Source: an uncultured Candidatus Binatia bacterium (lineage in GTDB: Bacteria; Desulfobacterota; Binatia; UBA9968; JAJDTQ01). Taken from it: 64,000 nt of DNA. The translations under genes and the position numbers were made by a program. Where the stretch lies: the NCBI GenBank assembly GCA_965215605.1, contig OZ244070.1, positions 3,456,001 to 3,520,000 on the forward strand, in the 5' to 3' direction. The first letter of the stretch is position 1. Each line of letters opens with the position of its first letter. The notes under the pieces were generated by a model, which saw only the letters and a program-made list of their open reading frames with translations, ran no database searches and was not told the DNA's origin. Positions 35,263 to 45,779 of the stretch are shown piece after piece.

Positions 35263-36018
35263 ATGGACTACACACGGCGAGAGCTCATGGTGATTGCAGC
35301 GGCCCGCGAAATTCGCGACGGCGAGCGCGTCTTCGTGGGCATGCGGCTGCCGCTGCTGGGCTTCGCCGTGGCCAAGGAGTTGCATGCGCCCGATGCCATC
35401 GGCATCTTCGAGAGCGGCGTGGTGCGGGACTGGCCGGCGCTGGAGCCGATCTTTACCATGAGCGATCCGCCCAACGTCGCCGGCGCGCTCTTCTGCTGCG
35501 GCCTCATCGAGGTCATGAGCCTGCTCCAGAGCGGGCGGGTGGAGATGGGGTTCATCGGCGGCGCCGAGGTGGACCGTCATGGCAACCTGAACACCCATTG
35601 GGTCGGCGGCGACGGCCGGCGGCTGCGGCTTCCGGGCAGCGGCGGCGCCGCCGACATCGCCACCCTGGCGGGCCGGTGCGTCATCATCATGAATCACGAA
35701 CGGCGCCGTTTCGTGCCACGGGTGCAGTTCATCACGTCGCCCGGTTTCGGCGACGGCGCCGGCTGGCGCGAGCAGCGCGGCCTGTCGGTCGGCGGGCCGA
35801 GCCGGACCATCAGCAGCCTGGGTATCTTTGCCTTCGACCCCGCGACGCGGGAGATGCAGATCGAGTCGTATCATCCCGGAGTGACGGTGCGGGAGATCCG
35901 GGACGAGACAGACTGGCCGTTGAAGGTGGCCCCGGACGTCACCGAAACCCCGGCGCCGTCCCGGGACGAGCTCCTGGCCGTGCGAAAGTACGACCCGGAC
36001 GGGGTATGGACATCCTGA
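35263..36018 (+). CDS. Family I CoA-transferase subunit B (GctB/CatJ-like)
   Basis: Catalytic Glu in 'IFESG', 'GGAEVDRHGNLN', 'RLPGSGGAADI', 'FITSPG'. Confidence 0.9.
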   Translation: MDYTRRELMVIAAAREIRDGERVFVGMRLPLLGFAVAKELHAPDAIGIFESGVVRDWPALEPIFTMSDPPNVAGALFCCGLIEVMSLLQSGRVEMGFIGGAEVDRHGNLNTHWVGGDGRRLRLPGSGGAADIATLAGRCVIIMNHERRRFVPRVQFITSPGFGDGAGWREQRGLSVGGPSRTISSLGIFAFDPATREMQIESYHPGVTVREIRDETDWPLKVAPDVTETPAPSRDELLAVRKYDPDGVWTS

Positions 36019-36049
36019 TGCATCCCGGAAAACCCCTGGATCGACCTCG

Positions 36050-38344
36050 ATGATTGTCGCTGTCCTCTCCGGTTTCGTTCTGGCCCTGCTGGCGCCGTCG
36101 CTGTACCGGCTGAGCCCAAGGTGGGCCGGCTGCTTGTTCTCGCTGTTTCCGGCGGTGTTGGCGCTCTATTTCCTGGGCCACATGGAAGGCGTGGTGGCCG
36201 GTGACGCGGTGCGGGTCGCCTATCCCTGGGTTCCGGCCATGGGGCTCGAACTCTCCTTCAACCTGGACGGCTTGGGATTGCTGTTCGCCCTCGCCATCAC
36301 GGTGGTGGGGACCCTGATCGTCACTTACGCCGGCAGCTACCTCCACGGGCATCCGTCGCTGCCGCGTTTCTATCTCTTCATCCTGATGTTCATGGCGTCC
36401 ATGCTGGGCGTGGTCCTGTCCGACAACCTCATCGCGCTGTTCATCTTCTGGGAGTTGACCAGCATTACCTCCTACTTCCTCATCGGCTTCGAGCATGACA
36501 AGGACACGGCCCGGGCCGCGGCGCTGCAGGCCCTGCTGGTGACGGGCAGCGGCGGGCTGGCGCTCATGGCGGGCGTGCTGCTCATGGGCCAGATCGGCGG
36601 CAGCTTCGAGATATCGGCCCTGGCCTCGGACAACGCCGCGCTCCACGGCCACCATCTCTATCCCTTGGTGCTGGCGCTGGTGTTCGCCGGCGCGTTCACG
36701 AAGTCGGCCCAGGTGCCGTTCCATTTCTGGCTGCCGGCGGCCATGGAGGCGCCCACGCCGGTGAGCGCCTACCTTCACTCCGCCACCATGGTCAAGGCCG
36801 GCGTGTACCTGCTGGCGCGGTTCAGCCCGGTGCTGGGCGGCAGCGACATCTGGCTCTACGTCGTCACCGGCTTCGGCGCCGCCACCATGCTGGCGAGCGC
36901 CTACCAGGCTCTCTACCAGACCGATCTCAAGAAGATCCTGGCCTACTCCACGGTGAGCGTGCTCGGCACCCTCACCATGCTCATCGGCCTCGGCAACAAG
37001 CTGGCCATCCAGGCGGCCATGGTCTTTCTCATGGCCCATGTCCTCTACAAGGCGGCGCTCTTCCTGGTGGCCGGGTCCATCGACCACGAGACCGGCACCC
37101 GCGACGTCCGGCAGCTCGGCGGGCTGCGCAAGACCATGCCCATCATCTGTGCCGGCGCCGCCATCGGAGCCCTGTCCATGGCCGGGCTGCCGCCGTTCTT
37201 CGGTTTCGTGGGCAAGGAGGCGCTGTACGAGGCGTTGACCCACGACAACATGCTGGTGACGGTGGTGGGCGTCCTCACCAGCATGCTGTTGTTCGCGGTG
37301 GCTTGGCTGGCGGGCATCCGGCCGTTCTCCGGCGAAGAGACCCACACGCCGAAGCACCCCCATGACCCGCCCTGGACCATGTGGCTGGGTCCGGTGTTCC
37401 TGGGGTGCCTGAGCGTGTTGTTCGGGCTGATGCCGGCCCTGCCCGAGAAGCTCCTGTCGGCCGCCGCCGGGTCCGTGCTGGGCAAGGAAGCGCCCATGCA
37501 CCTGGCGCTGTGGCACGGGTTCAATCCGCTGCTGGCGCTGAGCCTGGCGACCTTCGCCTTGGGCGTGCTGGTCTATCTCAACCGCGCCACGTTGCTGAGG
37601 GTCACCGAATTCGCCCTGCCCGTGGTCAGCCGCGGCCCGTCCTGCTGGTACGCGTCGTGGCTCCGCTTTCTCAACTGGTCGGCGGCGGGGCAGACCCGGA
37701 TGATTCAGAACGGCTACCTGCGCCTCTATCTCGCCACCATCATGACGGTGACCGCGGTGCTCGCATGGTACACCGTGCTGGCGCAGGCGGACATTGGCGT
37801 CATCGAGTTCAAGTGGGGTGAGATCCGCATCCATGAGTGGGTGTTGGGGATCGTGACGCTGGTGGCTTCCATCGCCACGGTCCGGGCGCAGACATTCCTG
37901 CGCGCGGTCATGGCTCTCGGGGTGGTGGGCTACAGCGTGGCGCTGTTCTTCGTCCTTTACGGCGCTCCCGACCTGGCCATGACGCAGTTCCTCATCGAGA
38001 CCCTGTCGCTCATCCTGTTCGTGTTCGTGTTCTACTACATGCCCCCGTTCAAGCGGTTCTCTACCCGCGGCGTGATCATGCGCCACGTGGCCATCGGCAC
38101 GGCGGTGGGGGCGCTGTTCACGCTGCTGGTGCTGGTGGCGACGTCGGTGCAGTGGCATCCCACCATTTCCACCTACTTCTCCCAGAACTCGTACCTGATG
38201 GGACAGGGACGGAACATCGTGAACGTGATCCTGGTGGACTTCAGGGGCTTCGACACGCTGGGCGAAATCACGGTGCTGGCGGTGGCCGGCATCGGCGTCT
38301 ACTCGCTGATCCGGCTGAGGCTCGGGAAGGGAGGGGACTCGTGA
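36050..38344 (+). CDS. mrpA: Multisubunit Na+/H+ antiporter subunit A
   Basis: '[14 protein letters not shown]', '[35 protein letters not shown]', '[13 protein letters not shown]'. Confidence 0.95.
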   Translation: MIVAVLSGFVLALLAPSLYRLSPRWAGCLFSLFPAVLALYFLGHMEGVVAGDAVRVAYPWVPAMGLELSFNLDGLGLLFALAITVVGTLIVTYAGSYLHGHPSLPRFYLFILMFMASMLGVVLSDNLIALFIFWELTSITSYFLIGFEHDKDTARAAALQALLVTGSGGLALMAGVLLMGQIGGSFEISALASDNAALHGHHLYPLVLALVFAGAFTKSAQVPFHFWLPAAMEAPTPVSAYLHSATMVKAGVYLLARFSPVLGGSDIWLYVVTGFGAATMLASAYQALYQTDLKKILAYSTVSVLGTLTMLIGLGNKLAIQAAMVFLMAHVLYKAALFLVAGSIDHETGTRDVRQLGGLRKTMPIICAGAAIGALSMAGLPPFFGFVGKEALYEALTHDNMLVTVVGVLTSMLLFAVAWLAGIRPFSGEETHTPKHPHDPPWTMWLGPVFLGCLSVLFGLMPALPEKLLSAAAGSVLGKEAPMHLALWHGFNPLLALSLATFALGVLVYLNRATLLRVTEFALPVVSRGPSCWYASWLRFLNWSAAGQTRMIQNGYLRLYLATIMTVTAVLAWYTVLAQADIGVIEFKWGEIRIHEWVLGIVTLVASIATVRAQTFLRAVMALGVVGYSVALFFVLYGAPDLAMTQFLIETLSLILFVFVFYYMPPFKRFSTRGVIMRHVAIGTAVGALFTLLVLVATSVQWHPTISTYFSQNSYLMGQGRNIVNVILVDFRGFDTLGEITVLAVAGIGVYSLIRLRLGKGGDS

Positions 38345-38766
38345 ACTCGCTGATTCTCAGGACGGCCAGCCGGTTCCTGCTGATCCTGCTGTTCCAGTTC
38401 TCCATCTTCCTGCTGCTCCGGGGGCACAACGACCCCGGCGGCGGTTTCGTCGGCGGGCTGGTGCTGGCGGCGGCGCTGACCCTCTACGCCATCGCCTACG
38501 ACGTGCGCTCCATGCGCCGTTTCCTGCCCTGCCGGGCACAGACCATCATCGCCTGGGGCCTCCTGGCCGCGGCCCTGAGCGGGGTCTGGTCCTTGTTCAA
38601 GGGGCAACCGTTCATGACCGGCCAGTGGGCGCATGTCTACATCCTGGGCCTCGATCTTCACCTGGGCACGCCGCTGATCTTCGACATCGGCGTCTACCTG
38701 ACGGTGGTGGGGGTCGTGCTCATCGTCATCATGAGCCTGGCGGAGGAAGTGGAGGACGACGACTAA
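38341..38766 (+). CDS. mrpB: Multisubunit Na+/H+ antiporter subunit B
   Basis: '[15 protein letters not shown]', 'FDIGVYL'; GTGA overlap with mrpA. Confidence 0.93.
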   Translation: MNSLILRTASRFLLILLFQFSIFLLLRGHNDPGGGFVGGLVLAAALTLYAIAYDVRSMRRFLPCRAQTIIAWGLLAAALSGVWSLFKGQPFMTGQWAHVYILGLDLHLGTPLIFDIGVYLTVVGVVLIVIMSLAEEVEDDD

Positions 38767-39113
38767 TGGAAGCGTTGCTCGCCATCGTCATCGGCGTACT
38801 CTATGCCTCCGGCGTCTACATGCTCATGCGCCGGAGCATCGTCAAGCTCATCATCGGGCTGGCGCTGCTGGCCCACGGCGCGAGCTTGCTGGTGTTCACC
38901 GCCGCGGGCCTGACCCGGGCGGTGCCTCCGGTGATCCCCTTCGGAGAAAAGGCCATAACCGGAACGGTGGCGGATCCGTTACCCCAGGCCTTGATCCTGA
39001 CGGCCATCGTCATCAGCTTCGGCGTGCAGGCCTTCGCCATGGTGCTGGCGTACCGCGCGTATCAGACCGTGGGCACCGACGACCTCGACGACATGAAGGC
39101 AACGGACACGTGA
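38766..39113 (+). CDS. mrpC: Multisubunit Na+/H+ antiporter subunit C
   Basis: '[16 protein letters not shown]'; TAATG overlap. Confidence 0.93.
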   Translation: MEALLAIVIGVLYASGVYMLMRRSIVKLIIGLALLAHGASLLVFTAAGLTRAVPPVIPFGEKAITGTVADPLPQALILTAIVISFGVQAFAMVLAYRAYQTVGTDDLDDMKATDT

Positions 39114-40612
39114 ACTCGCTTATCGTCTTGCCCATCCTGCTTCCGCTGCTGGTGGGGGCGAGTTGCGTGGTGGTGTGGCGCTACGTGGCCGCGCAGCGGA
39201 TCCTCACTCTGGCCGGCAGCATCGTCTACCTCGCGGTCGCGGTCGTGCTGCTGGAGCGGGTCGCCTCGGAGGGGGTCCAGGCGGTGCAGAAGGGCGCCTG
39301 GATCGCCCCCTTCGGCATCACGCTGGTGGCCGACATGTTCAGCGCCATCATGGTGGCCGCCACCGGGGTCGTGACGCTGGTGATCGTCGTCTATTCGCTC
39401 GGCACCATGGACCGCGCCCGGGAAGCCTGGGGCTACTATCCGCTGTTCAACATCCTCATCATGGGCGTGTCCGGCGCCTTCCTGACCGGCGATATCTTCA
39501 ACCTGTTCGTGTGGTTCGAGGTGCTGCTGATCTCGTCCTTCGTGCTGCTGGCGCTGGGAGGAGAGCGGGCGCAGCTCGAGGGCGCCATCAAGTACGTCAC
39601 CCTCAATCTGGTGGCGTCGGCGTTCTTTCTGGCCGCCGTGGGCATCCTCTACGCCATGGCCGGCTCCCTCAACATGGCCGACCTGTCGCAACGCCTCGGA
39701 GACGTGGCCCAACCGGGCCTGGTCACCACCCTCGCCATCCTGTTCCTGGTGGCTTTCGGCATCAAGGGGGCGATTTTTCCGTTGTTCTTCTGGTTGCCGG
39801 CCTCCTACCACACGCCGCCGGTGGCGGTCTCGGCCATCTTCGGCGGGCTGCTGACCAAGGTGGGCGTGTACGCCCTGATCCGCGTCTTCACGCTGCTGTT
39901 CCTCAACAACGTCGACTACACCCACACCATCATCCTTTGGGCCGGCGGCATCACCATGGTGACCGGCGTGCTGGGCGCCGTGGCCCAGTACGAGTTTCGC
40001 CGGCTGCTGTCCTTCCACATCGTGAGCCAGATCGGCTACATGGTCATGGGCCTCGGTTTCTTCACCCCCCTGGCCATGGCCGGCACGGTGTTCTTCATCG
40101 TCCACAACATCTTCGTCAAGACCAACCTGTTCCTGGTGAGCGGGGTCTCGCATCGCCTGCACGGCACCTACGACCTCAAGAAGCTGGGCGGGCTCTACCG
40201 CGCCCATCCGTGGATCGGGATGCTGTTCCTGCTGTCGGCGTTGTCGCTGGCCGGGGTGCCGCCCCTTTCCGGCTTTTTCGGCAAGCTGGTGCTGATCAAG
40301 GCCGGGCTCGACATCGGGCAGTTCGCGCTGGTGGCGGCGGCGCTGGGGGTGAGCCTGCTGACGCTCTTCTCCATGACCAAGATCTGGGCGGAGGCATTCT
40401 GGAAACCGCTGCCGGACGGCGCCGCGGTGAACGCGCCGGACGGCGGCATGGCGCTCATGCTGGGTCCCATCGTGACCCTCGCCATTCTGGCCGTGGTCAT
40501 GGGCGCCGCCGCGGCGCCGCTCTTCGAGCTGGCGCAACAGGCGGGCGAACAGTTGATGAACCCGGAGTCCTACATCCGGGCCGTGCTTGGAGCGAGGGGG
40601 GAGGGGGCATGA
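39110..40612 (+). CDS. mrpD: Multisubunit Na+/H+ antiporter subunit D
   Basis: '[12 protein letters not shown]', 'WLPASY', 'LLTKVGVYA', 'GVPPLSGF'. Confidence 0.95.
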   Translation: MNSLIVLPILLPLLVGASCVVVWRYVAAQRILTLAGSIVYLAVAVVLLERVASEGVQAVQKGAWIAPFGITLVADMFSAIMVAATGVVTLVIVVYSLGTMDRAREAWGYYPLFNILIMGVSGAFLTGDIFNLFVWFEVLLISSFVLLALGGERAQLEGAIKYVTLNLVASAFFLAAVGILYAMAGSLNMADLSQRLGDVAQPGLVTTLAILFLVAFGIKGAIFPLFFWLPASYHTPPVAVSAIFGGLLTKVGVYALIRVFTLLFLNNVDYTHTIILWAGGITMVTGVLGAVAQYEFRRLLSFHIVSQIGYMVMGLGFFTPLAMAGTVFFIVHNIFVKTNLFLVSGVSHRLHGTYDLKKLGGLYRAHPWIGMLFLLSALSLAGVPPLSGFFGKLVLIKAGLDIGQFALVAAALGVSLLTLFSMTKIWAEAFWKPLPDGAAVNAPDGGMALMLGPIVTLAILAVVMGAAAAPLFELAQQAGEQLMNPESYIRAVLGARGEGA

Positions 40613-41082
40613 CCGTTCTCCTGTGGAACATCATGCTGGCGGTGAGCTGGGCCGCGTTGACCGGGGAGGTGACGGCCTTGAACCTCGCCGTCGGTTTCGT
40701 CTTCGGTTTTCTGATCCTGTACTCGGTGCGGCGGCTGCTGCGCCCCTCCCGGTATTTCGAGAAGCTGTGGCAGAGCGTCAGCCTGGCCGCCTTGTTCGCG
40801 TGGGAGCTCCTGCTGGCGAACCTGCGCATCGCCTACGAGGTGGTGACCCCGTCGCACAACATGAAGCCCGGCGTGGTGGCGATCCCCCTGGATGCGGAGA
40901 CGGACGCCGAGATCACGCTGCTGGCGAACCTCATTACCCTGACGCCCGGCACCCTGAGCCTGGACGTGTCGGACGACCGGCGGGTGCTCTACATACACGC
41001 CATGTACGTGGACGACGCCGAGGAGTTGCGCCGGTCCATCAAGGACGGTTTCGAGAAGAGCGTCCTGGAGTTGCTGCGATGA
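40609..41082 (+). CDS. mrpE: Multisubunit Na+/H+ antiporter subunit E
   Basis: '[11 protein letters not shown]', 'LYIHAM'. Confidence 0.93.
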   Translation: MTVLLWNIMLAVSWAALTGEVTALNLAVGFVFGFLILYSVRRLLRPSRYFEKLWQSVSLAALFAWELLLANLRIAYEVVTPSHNMKPGVVAIPLDAETDAEITLLANLITLTPGTLSLDVSDDRRVLYIHAMYVDDAEELRRSIKDGFEKSVLELLR

Positions 41083-41348
41083 CGAGTCTGGCTTTCATTC
41101 TGCTCGCGGTCCTGAGCATCGGCATCGTGCTGGCGTTCATCCGCCTGCTGCGCGGCCCCAACATCCCGGACCGGCTGGTGGCGCTGGACCTGCTGACCAC
41201 CGTGGGCGTCGGCATCGCGGCGCTCTACTCCATTGCCTACGACGAGCCGGTCTATCTGGATGTCGCCATCGTCCTGGCGTTGGTCGCTTTCCTGGGAACG
41301 GTCACGTTCTCACGTTACATCGAGAAATGGGCACACCATGGTGACTGA
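41079..41348 (+). CDS. mrpF: Multisubunit Na+/H+ antiporter subunit F
   Basis: 'RLLRGPNIPDRLVALD'. Confidence 0.93.
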   Translation: MTSLAFILLAVLSIGIVLAFIRLLRGPNIPDRLVALDLLTTVGVGIAALYSIAYDEPVYLDVAIVLALVAFLGTVTFSRYIEKWAHHGD

Positions 41349-41685
41349 AATCATCTGCGGCGCGTTCATGATCATCGGCACCGCCTTCATGTTCCTGGGG
41401 TGCCTGGGCATCCTGCGCATGCCGGATCTGCTCACCCGGATGCAGACCGCCACCAAGCCGCCGACCCTGGGGGTGTTCTTCCTGATGCTCTCGGTGGCGT
41501 TGTACTTCCCGGACATCGGCGTCACCGTGAGGGTCCTCGCGATCACGGTCTTCGTCTTCCTCACGGCGCCCGTGTCGGCGCACATGATCGGCCGCGCCGG
41601 CTATCAGGTGGGCGTCAAGTTCTGGAAGGGCACGGTCATGGACGAGCTCAAGGACAAGTACCGCGGCACGTCCATCGACTCGTGA
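41338..41685 (+). CDS. mrpG: Multisubunit Na+/H+ antiporter subunit G
   Basis: 'GILRMPD..TRMQ.ATK..TLG', 'LTAPVSAH'. Confidence 0.93.
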   Translation: MVTEIICGAFMIIGTAFMFLGCLGILRMPDLLTRMQTATKPPTLGVFFLMLSVALYFPDIGVTVRVLAITVFVFLTAPVSAHMIGRAGYQVGVKFWKGTVMDELKDKYRGTSIDS

Positions 41686-41704
41686 AGAGCCGGGGCGCGC
41701 GCGA

Positions 41705-42646
41705 TCACACGCCGGCAAGGGGCCCGTATTCCAGGACGATATAGAGGGTATAGACGCCGAGGCAGAGAGCGCCCGTCCAACGTCCGAGCCGCCCGCGAAA
41801 CGCCAGCCAGGAGACCAGCAGGATCGTGGCTCCCATCATCGTCCATACGGCGAGATGGAGCAGATGTGGTGGAATGTCCAGCGGATGGACCGCCGCCACG
41901 AGGCCGCCGATGGCCAGGAGGTTGAAGATGTTGGCGCCGAGCACATTGCCCACCGCCACCTCCGAATGGCCGCGGTAGGCGGAGACCACGGCGGTGGCAA
42001 GCTCCGGCAACGAGGTGCCGACGGCAACGACCGTCACGCCGATGACCGCCTCGGACACGCCCAGAAGGCGCGCCAGCCCGATGGCGCCTTCGACCAGCAG
42101 GTGCGATCCCAGGACCACCAGGGCGAGGCCGATGGCGAGAGTGCCGACGGTCATCCACATCGAGTGGTCCGTCGCATCGTCCCCGGTCTCCGCGTCCGGA
42201 GGGTTGCGCCGCGCCCGCCGGATGGAGATTGCCGTGAAAGCGGCCAGGCAGGCCAGCAGCAGCGCCCCGTCGAAACGGCTCAGACTGCCGATCATCCCGA
42301 GGGTGATGAACAGCGCGGCCACGCCGGCGGCGGCGGCTCCCTCAAAGCGCACCTCGCGCGGATTCACGACCATCGGACTGACGCAGGCCGCCGCGCCGAG
42401 GATCAGGAGCAGATTGCAGATGTTGCTGCCGACGATGTTGCCGATGGAGATGCCGGGCGCGCCGCGAACGGCCGCTTCCAGGCTCACCAGCAACTCCGGC
42501 ATGGTGGTGCAATAGGCCACCACGGTGAGCCCGATGATCAGCGGCGAGACGCCGAGGCGCCGCGCAAGCTGCACCGCGCCCCGCAATACGGACTCTGCTC
42601 CGCCCAGGAGCAGGACGAAGCCACCTGCCAATTCGAGATAAATCAT
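41705..42646 (-). CDS. Ca2+/Na+ antiporter (CaCA, YrbG-like)
   Basis: Repeated alpha motifs 'TTMPEL...GNIVGSNI.N' and 'GTSLPEL...GNVLGANIFN'. Confidence 0.9.
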   Translation of the reverse strand: MIYLELAGGFVLLLGGAESVLRGAVQLARRLGVSPLIIGLTVVAYCTTMPELLVSLEAAVRGAPGISIGNIVGSNICNLLLILGAAACVSPMVVNPREVRFEGAAAAGVAALFITLGMIGSLSRFDGALLLACLAAFTAISIRRARRNPPDAETGDDATDHSMWMTVGTLAIGLALVVLGSHLLVEGAIGLARLLGVSEAVIGVTVVAVGTSLPELATAVVSAYRGHSEVAVGNVLGANIFNLLAIGGLVAAVHPLDIPPHLLHLAVWTMMGATILLVSWLAFRGRLGRWTGALCLGVYTLYIVLEYGPLAGV

Positions 42647-42871
42647 GTGGATCTTCAGGTATGGTTCGTGGGACCGGGACCGCCCGGAGGTCCATTCTGA
42701 ATAGTCGGAACCCCGGCGCGAGTCAAACCGGCGGGTGCCTTTCCTCTTCATTTCCGCGAAAGCGGGAACAGGGGCTTCCGATGAGGCATGACGTGTCCAG
42801 GGCGCGCTGGAAGAGACAGCGTCCGATCTGATAGTGTGGGCAGGGCTCGACCGACAAGGAGACAACGCAAC

Positions 42872-43792
42872 ATGGGAATCGGCATCGGAATCGGATTCAC
42901 GGGGTGGCCCTTCGGGGAGCCCAACCCCGAGGCGTTCTGGAGTGCCGTGGACCTGGCGGAAAACCTTGCCATCGATTCGCTGTGGCTGAGCGATCGCGTG
43001 GTGTCGGAGACCCTGAGCCTCGAGCCCGTGGTGGCGCTTTCGTGGGTGGCCGCGCGCACTCGCAAGATGAAGTTCGGCACCAGCGTCATGGCCCTCCCGC
43101 TCAGGAACCCCACCGTGCTGGCCAAGGAGCTCGCCACCCTGGACTTCCTGTCGGGCGGGCGCCTGCTGCTGGCCGTGGGCCTCGGCCGCGACGACGACAC
43201 CGAGCTCCAGGCCTGCGGCATTCACCGTTCCGAGCGCGCCGGCCGCACCGAGGAGATGGTGCACCTCCTGCGCGCCCTCTGGTCCGGGAACAACGTGCAT
43301 TTCGCGGGCAGGTACTACCACCTCGAGGACGTCTCCATTCAACCCAAGCCCGCCCAGACCGAGCCGCCCATCTGGGTCGGCGGACGGAGCGGCCCCGCCT
43401 TCCGGCGCACCGCCCGCCTGGCCGACGGCTGGCTGGCCTCCCAGATGATCCCCTCGGAAGTGGAGACCGCCATCACGCGTATCCGAAACTACGCCGCCGA
43501 CTACGGCCGCCGCATCGACGACGATCACTTCGGCGTGCTCTTCAACTTCTGCTTCGCCAAGGATTCAGAGGAAGCCGCCCGCATCGCCCGCCCCTACGCG
43601 CTGCGCAACCGCACCGACGTGGACTTTACCGGAACCTCCGCCCTGGGCACCGCCCGGGACATAGCCGCAACGATCCAACGCTTCATCGACGCCGGCGCTT
43701 CCAAGTTCGTCGCGCGCCCTGCCTGCCCCCCGGAGGCCATTCACGAACAGCTTCGCCGCCTCGGCACGGAGATAATTACGCGGTTCGCGTAA
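42872..43792 (+). CDS. LLM-class flavin-dependent oxidoreductase
   Basis: 'SLWLSD', 'LPLRNPTVLAKELATLDFLSGGRL', 'PPIWVGG', 'ARLADGW'. Confidence 0.9.
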   Translation: MGIGIGIGFTGWPFGEPNPEAFWSAVDLAENLAIDSLWLSDRVVSETLSLEPVVALSWVAARTRKMKFGTSVMALPLRNPTVLAKELATLDFLSGGRLLLAVGLGRDDDTELQACGIHRSERAGRTEEMVHLLRALWSGNNVHFAGRYYHLEDVSIQPKPAQTEPPIWVGGRSGPAFRRTARLADGWLASQMIPSEVETAITRIRNYAADYGRRIDDDHFGVLFNFCFAKDSEEAARIARPYALRNRTDVDFTGTSALGTARDIAATIQRFIDAGASKFVARPACPPEAIHEQLRRLGTEIITRFA

Positions 43793-43820
43793 GTGACGAT
43801 GGCCGGAAACCGCACCAACG

Positions 43821-45227
43821 CTACCGCACTTCGGCGATCTTGTTGAAGCCGTCGTAGGCCGCCACCTTGTAGGCTTCGGCGAAGGTGGGGTAGTTGAAGA
43901 CGTTGTCGCGGAAGTACTCGATGGTGCCGCCGAGGGCGATGACGGCGTGGCCGATGTGGATGATCTCGGTGGCCTCCTCGCCGATGGCGTGAACGCTCAG
44001 GAGCTTGAGGGTGTCGGGGTCGAAGATCAGCTTCAGCATGCCGGCGCGGTCGCCCACCATCTGAGCCTTGGCGACATCCTCGTAGAGGGCCTTGCCCACC
44101 TCGTAGGGCACGCGCTCGGCGGTGAGTTCCTGTTCCGTGCGGCCCACCATGGAGATCTCCGGGATGGTGTAGATGCCGTAAGGGAAGAAAGGCGCGGGGG
44201 CGAGGGACGGGCCGTCGAACATGTGGGTGCTGGCAAGGCGGCCCTGCTCCATGGAGGTGGAGGCCAAGGCCGGGAAGCCGATGCAGTCGCCCACCGCGTA
44301 GATGTGGGGTTGCGTGGTCTGGAAGCGCTCGTTCACGGCGATGCGTCCACGCGCGTCGGTGTCGATGCCGATGCGGTCGAGCTCGAGTTGGTCGGCGTTC
44401 GACTGCCGCCCCACGGTGTAGAGCAGGGACTCGCCGACGACCCGTTTGCCGCTCTCCAGTTCGGCACGCACCAAGCCGTTGTCCTGAATGCGCACGCCGG
44501 TGACGTGCTCGCCCAAGCGGAAAATGGCGTCGCGCCGGCGCATGTGGTAGCGCAGCGCCTCGATGATCTCCCGGTCGACAAAGTCGAGCATGGTGTCGCG
44601 CCGCTCGATGAGCGTCACGCGCACGCCCAGCGCCGACAGCATGGAGGCGTATTCCAGCCCGATGACGCCGGCGCCCACGACGATCATGCTGCGCGGCAAA
44701 TCGCCGCGGCCCGCGCTGCCGAAATCCTCCGCCACCATCACCTTGCGTCCGTCGTAAGGGATGTCCGGGTTGCGCGCCGAGCGGGTGCCGCAGGCGATGA
44801 TGATATGGTCGCCGCGTACCTGCTGCCCGTCCTCCACCTGCAGCGTATGGGCGTCCACGAAGTGAGCCCAGCCGTTCACCAGGGTCACGCCGTTGCGCTG
44901 GAGCTGATCGGTCACCTGTGACTGTTCCCGTTCGACCACCTTGCGCACCCGGAACATGAGGTCGTCCACGGTGACGTGCGCCTTGGGTGAGTAGGCTTGC
45001 CCGTAGAACGTCTTCTGCTGGAAACCAGTGAGGTAAAGCACCGCCAGCCGCATGGTCTTGCTGGGGATGGTGCCCGAGTGCAGGCACACGCCGCCGAGCA
45101 TGTCGTAGCGGTCGATGAGCGCCACGCGCTTGTTCATCTTGGCGGCCGCGATGGCGCCTTTCTGGCCTGCCGGGCCGCTGCCGATGACCAAGAGGTCGTA
45201 GGATTGTGCGTCCATGGGTTTCGTCAA
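43821..45227 (-). CDS. sthA: Soluble pyridine nucleotide transhydrogenase
   Basis: 'GSGPAG', 'GGVCLHSGTIPSK' (CxxxxT, second Cys absent), 'GAGVIGLEYA', C-terminal 'FNYPTFAEAYKVAA'; start may be 45215. Confidence 0.92.
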   Translation of the reverse strand: MTKPMDAQSYDLLVIGSGPAGQKGAIAAAKMNKRVALIDRYDMLGGVCLHSGTIPSKTMRLAVLYLTGFQQKTFYGQAYSPKAHVTVDDLMFRVRKVVEREQSQVTDQLQRNGVTLVNGWAHFVDAHTLQVEDGQQVRGDHIIIACGTRSARNPDIPYDGRKVMVAEDFGSAGRGDLPRSMIVVGAGVIGLEYASMLSALGVRVTLIERRDTMLDFVDREIIEALRYHMRRRDAIFRLGEHVTGVRIQDNGLVRAELESGKRVVGESLLYTVGRQSNADQLELDRIGIDTDARGRIAVNERFQTTQPHIYAVGDCIGFPALASTSMEQGRLASTHMFDGPSLAPAPFFPYGIYTIPEISMVGRTEQELTAERVPYEVGKALYEDVAKAQMVGDRAGMLKLIFDPDTLKLLSVHAIGEEATEIIHIGHAVIALGGTIEYFRDNVFNYPTFAEAYKVAAYDGFNKIAEVR

Positions 45228-45325
45228 GCCATTTCATGCGGGCCGGGCGCGAATACGGTTCCGGTGCTCATCGCTTCGCCTCGCCGGGTTCGCGCCGCTC
45301 ACCGTGGTGTCGTCGCGCCCCGGCT

Positions 45326-45691
45326 TCACAGCTTCTCATCGTCGGGCACCGTGTCGGTCACGAGGTCGCGGATCAACGGCCGCTTGGGCAACGGCTCCAC
45401 CCGGCTGCCCTCGGGCGTGAGGCGCGCGGTGCACAGGTAGGCCACCTGCCCATCCACCAGGGCCATGCAGGTCTTGCACGCGTTGGCGTTGACGCATCCG
45501 TAGCGGAAGGCCAAGCTGGAGTCCACGTGGCCGCGCACCCACACCAGCGCGTCGAGGACAGACATGCCCTCATCGTAGGGGACCCGGTACGTGTCGTACC
45601 GTTCCGGGTCCCCGGGGCGGCCGCGCCGCACGCACAACTCGGTCGTGTGCTGGTTGGTCTGTGTTGTCGTGCCGCCCATGCCGACGTCCAT
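45326..45691 (-). CDS. Stand-alone 2Fe-2S protein resembling only the N-terminal domain of SdhB/FrdB
   Basis: 'MSVLDAL...SLAFRYGCVNANACKTC...VDG..AYLC...VEPLP..PLIRDL'; ends where the 4Fe-4S domain would begin. Confidence 0.8.
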   Translation of the reverse strand: MDVGMGGTTTQTNQHTTELCVRRGRPGDPERYDTYRVPYDEGMSVLDALVWVRGHVDSSLAFRYGCVNANACKTCMALVDGQVAYLCTARLTPEGSRVEPLPKRPLIRDLVTDTVPDDEKL

Positions 45692-45703
45692 CCTCTCCAC
45701 TGG

Positions 45704-45777
45704 TGGATTCCCGCTCTACAGGCTGGTCAGAACTCCCCGAGACGAGCGTGACGAATACGTCATTCCCGCGGAAGCGC
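45704..45777. repeat. Degenerate CGTC-type repeat pair between the flavoprotein and 2Fe-2S genes
   Basis: TGGATTCCCGCT at 45704 and CGTCATTCCCGCGGAAGCG at 45758. Confidence 0.6.
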
Positions 45778-45779
45778 AA

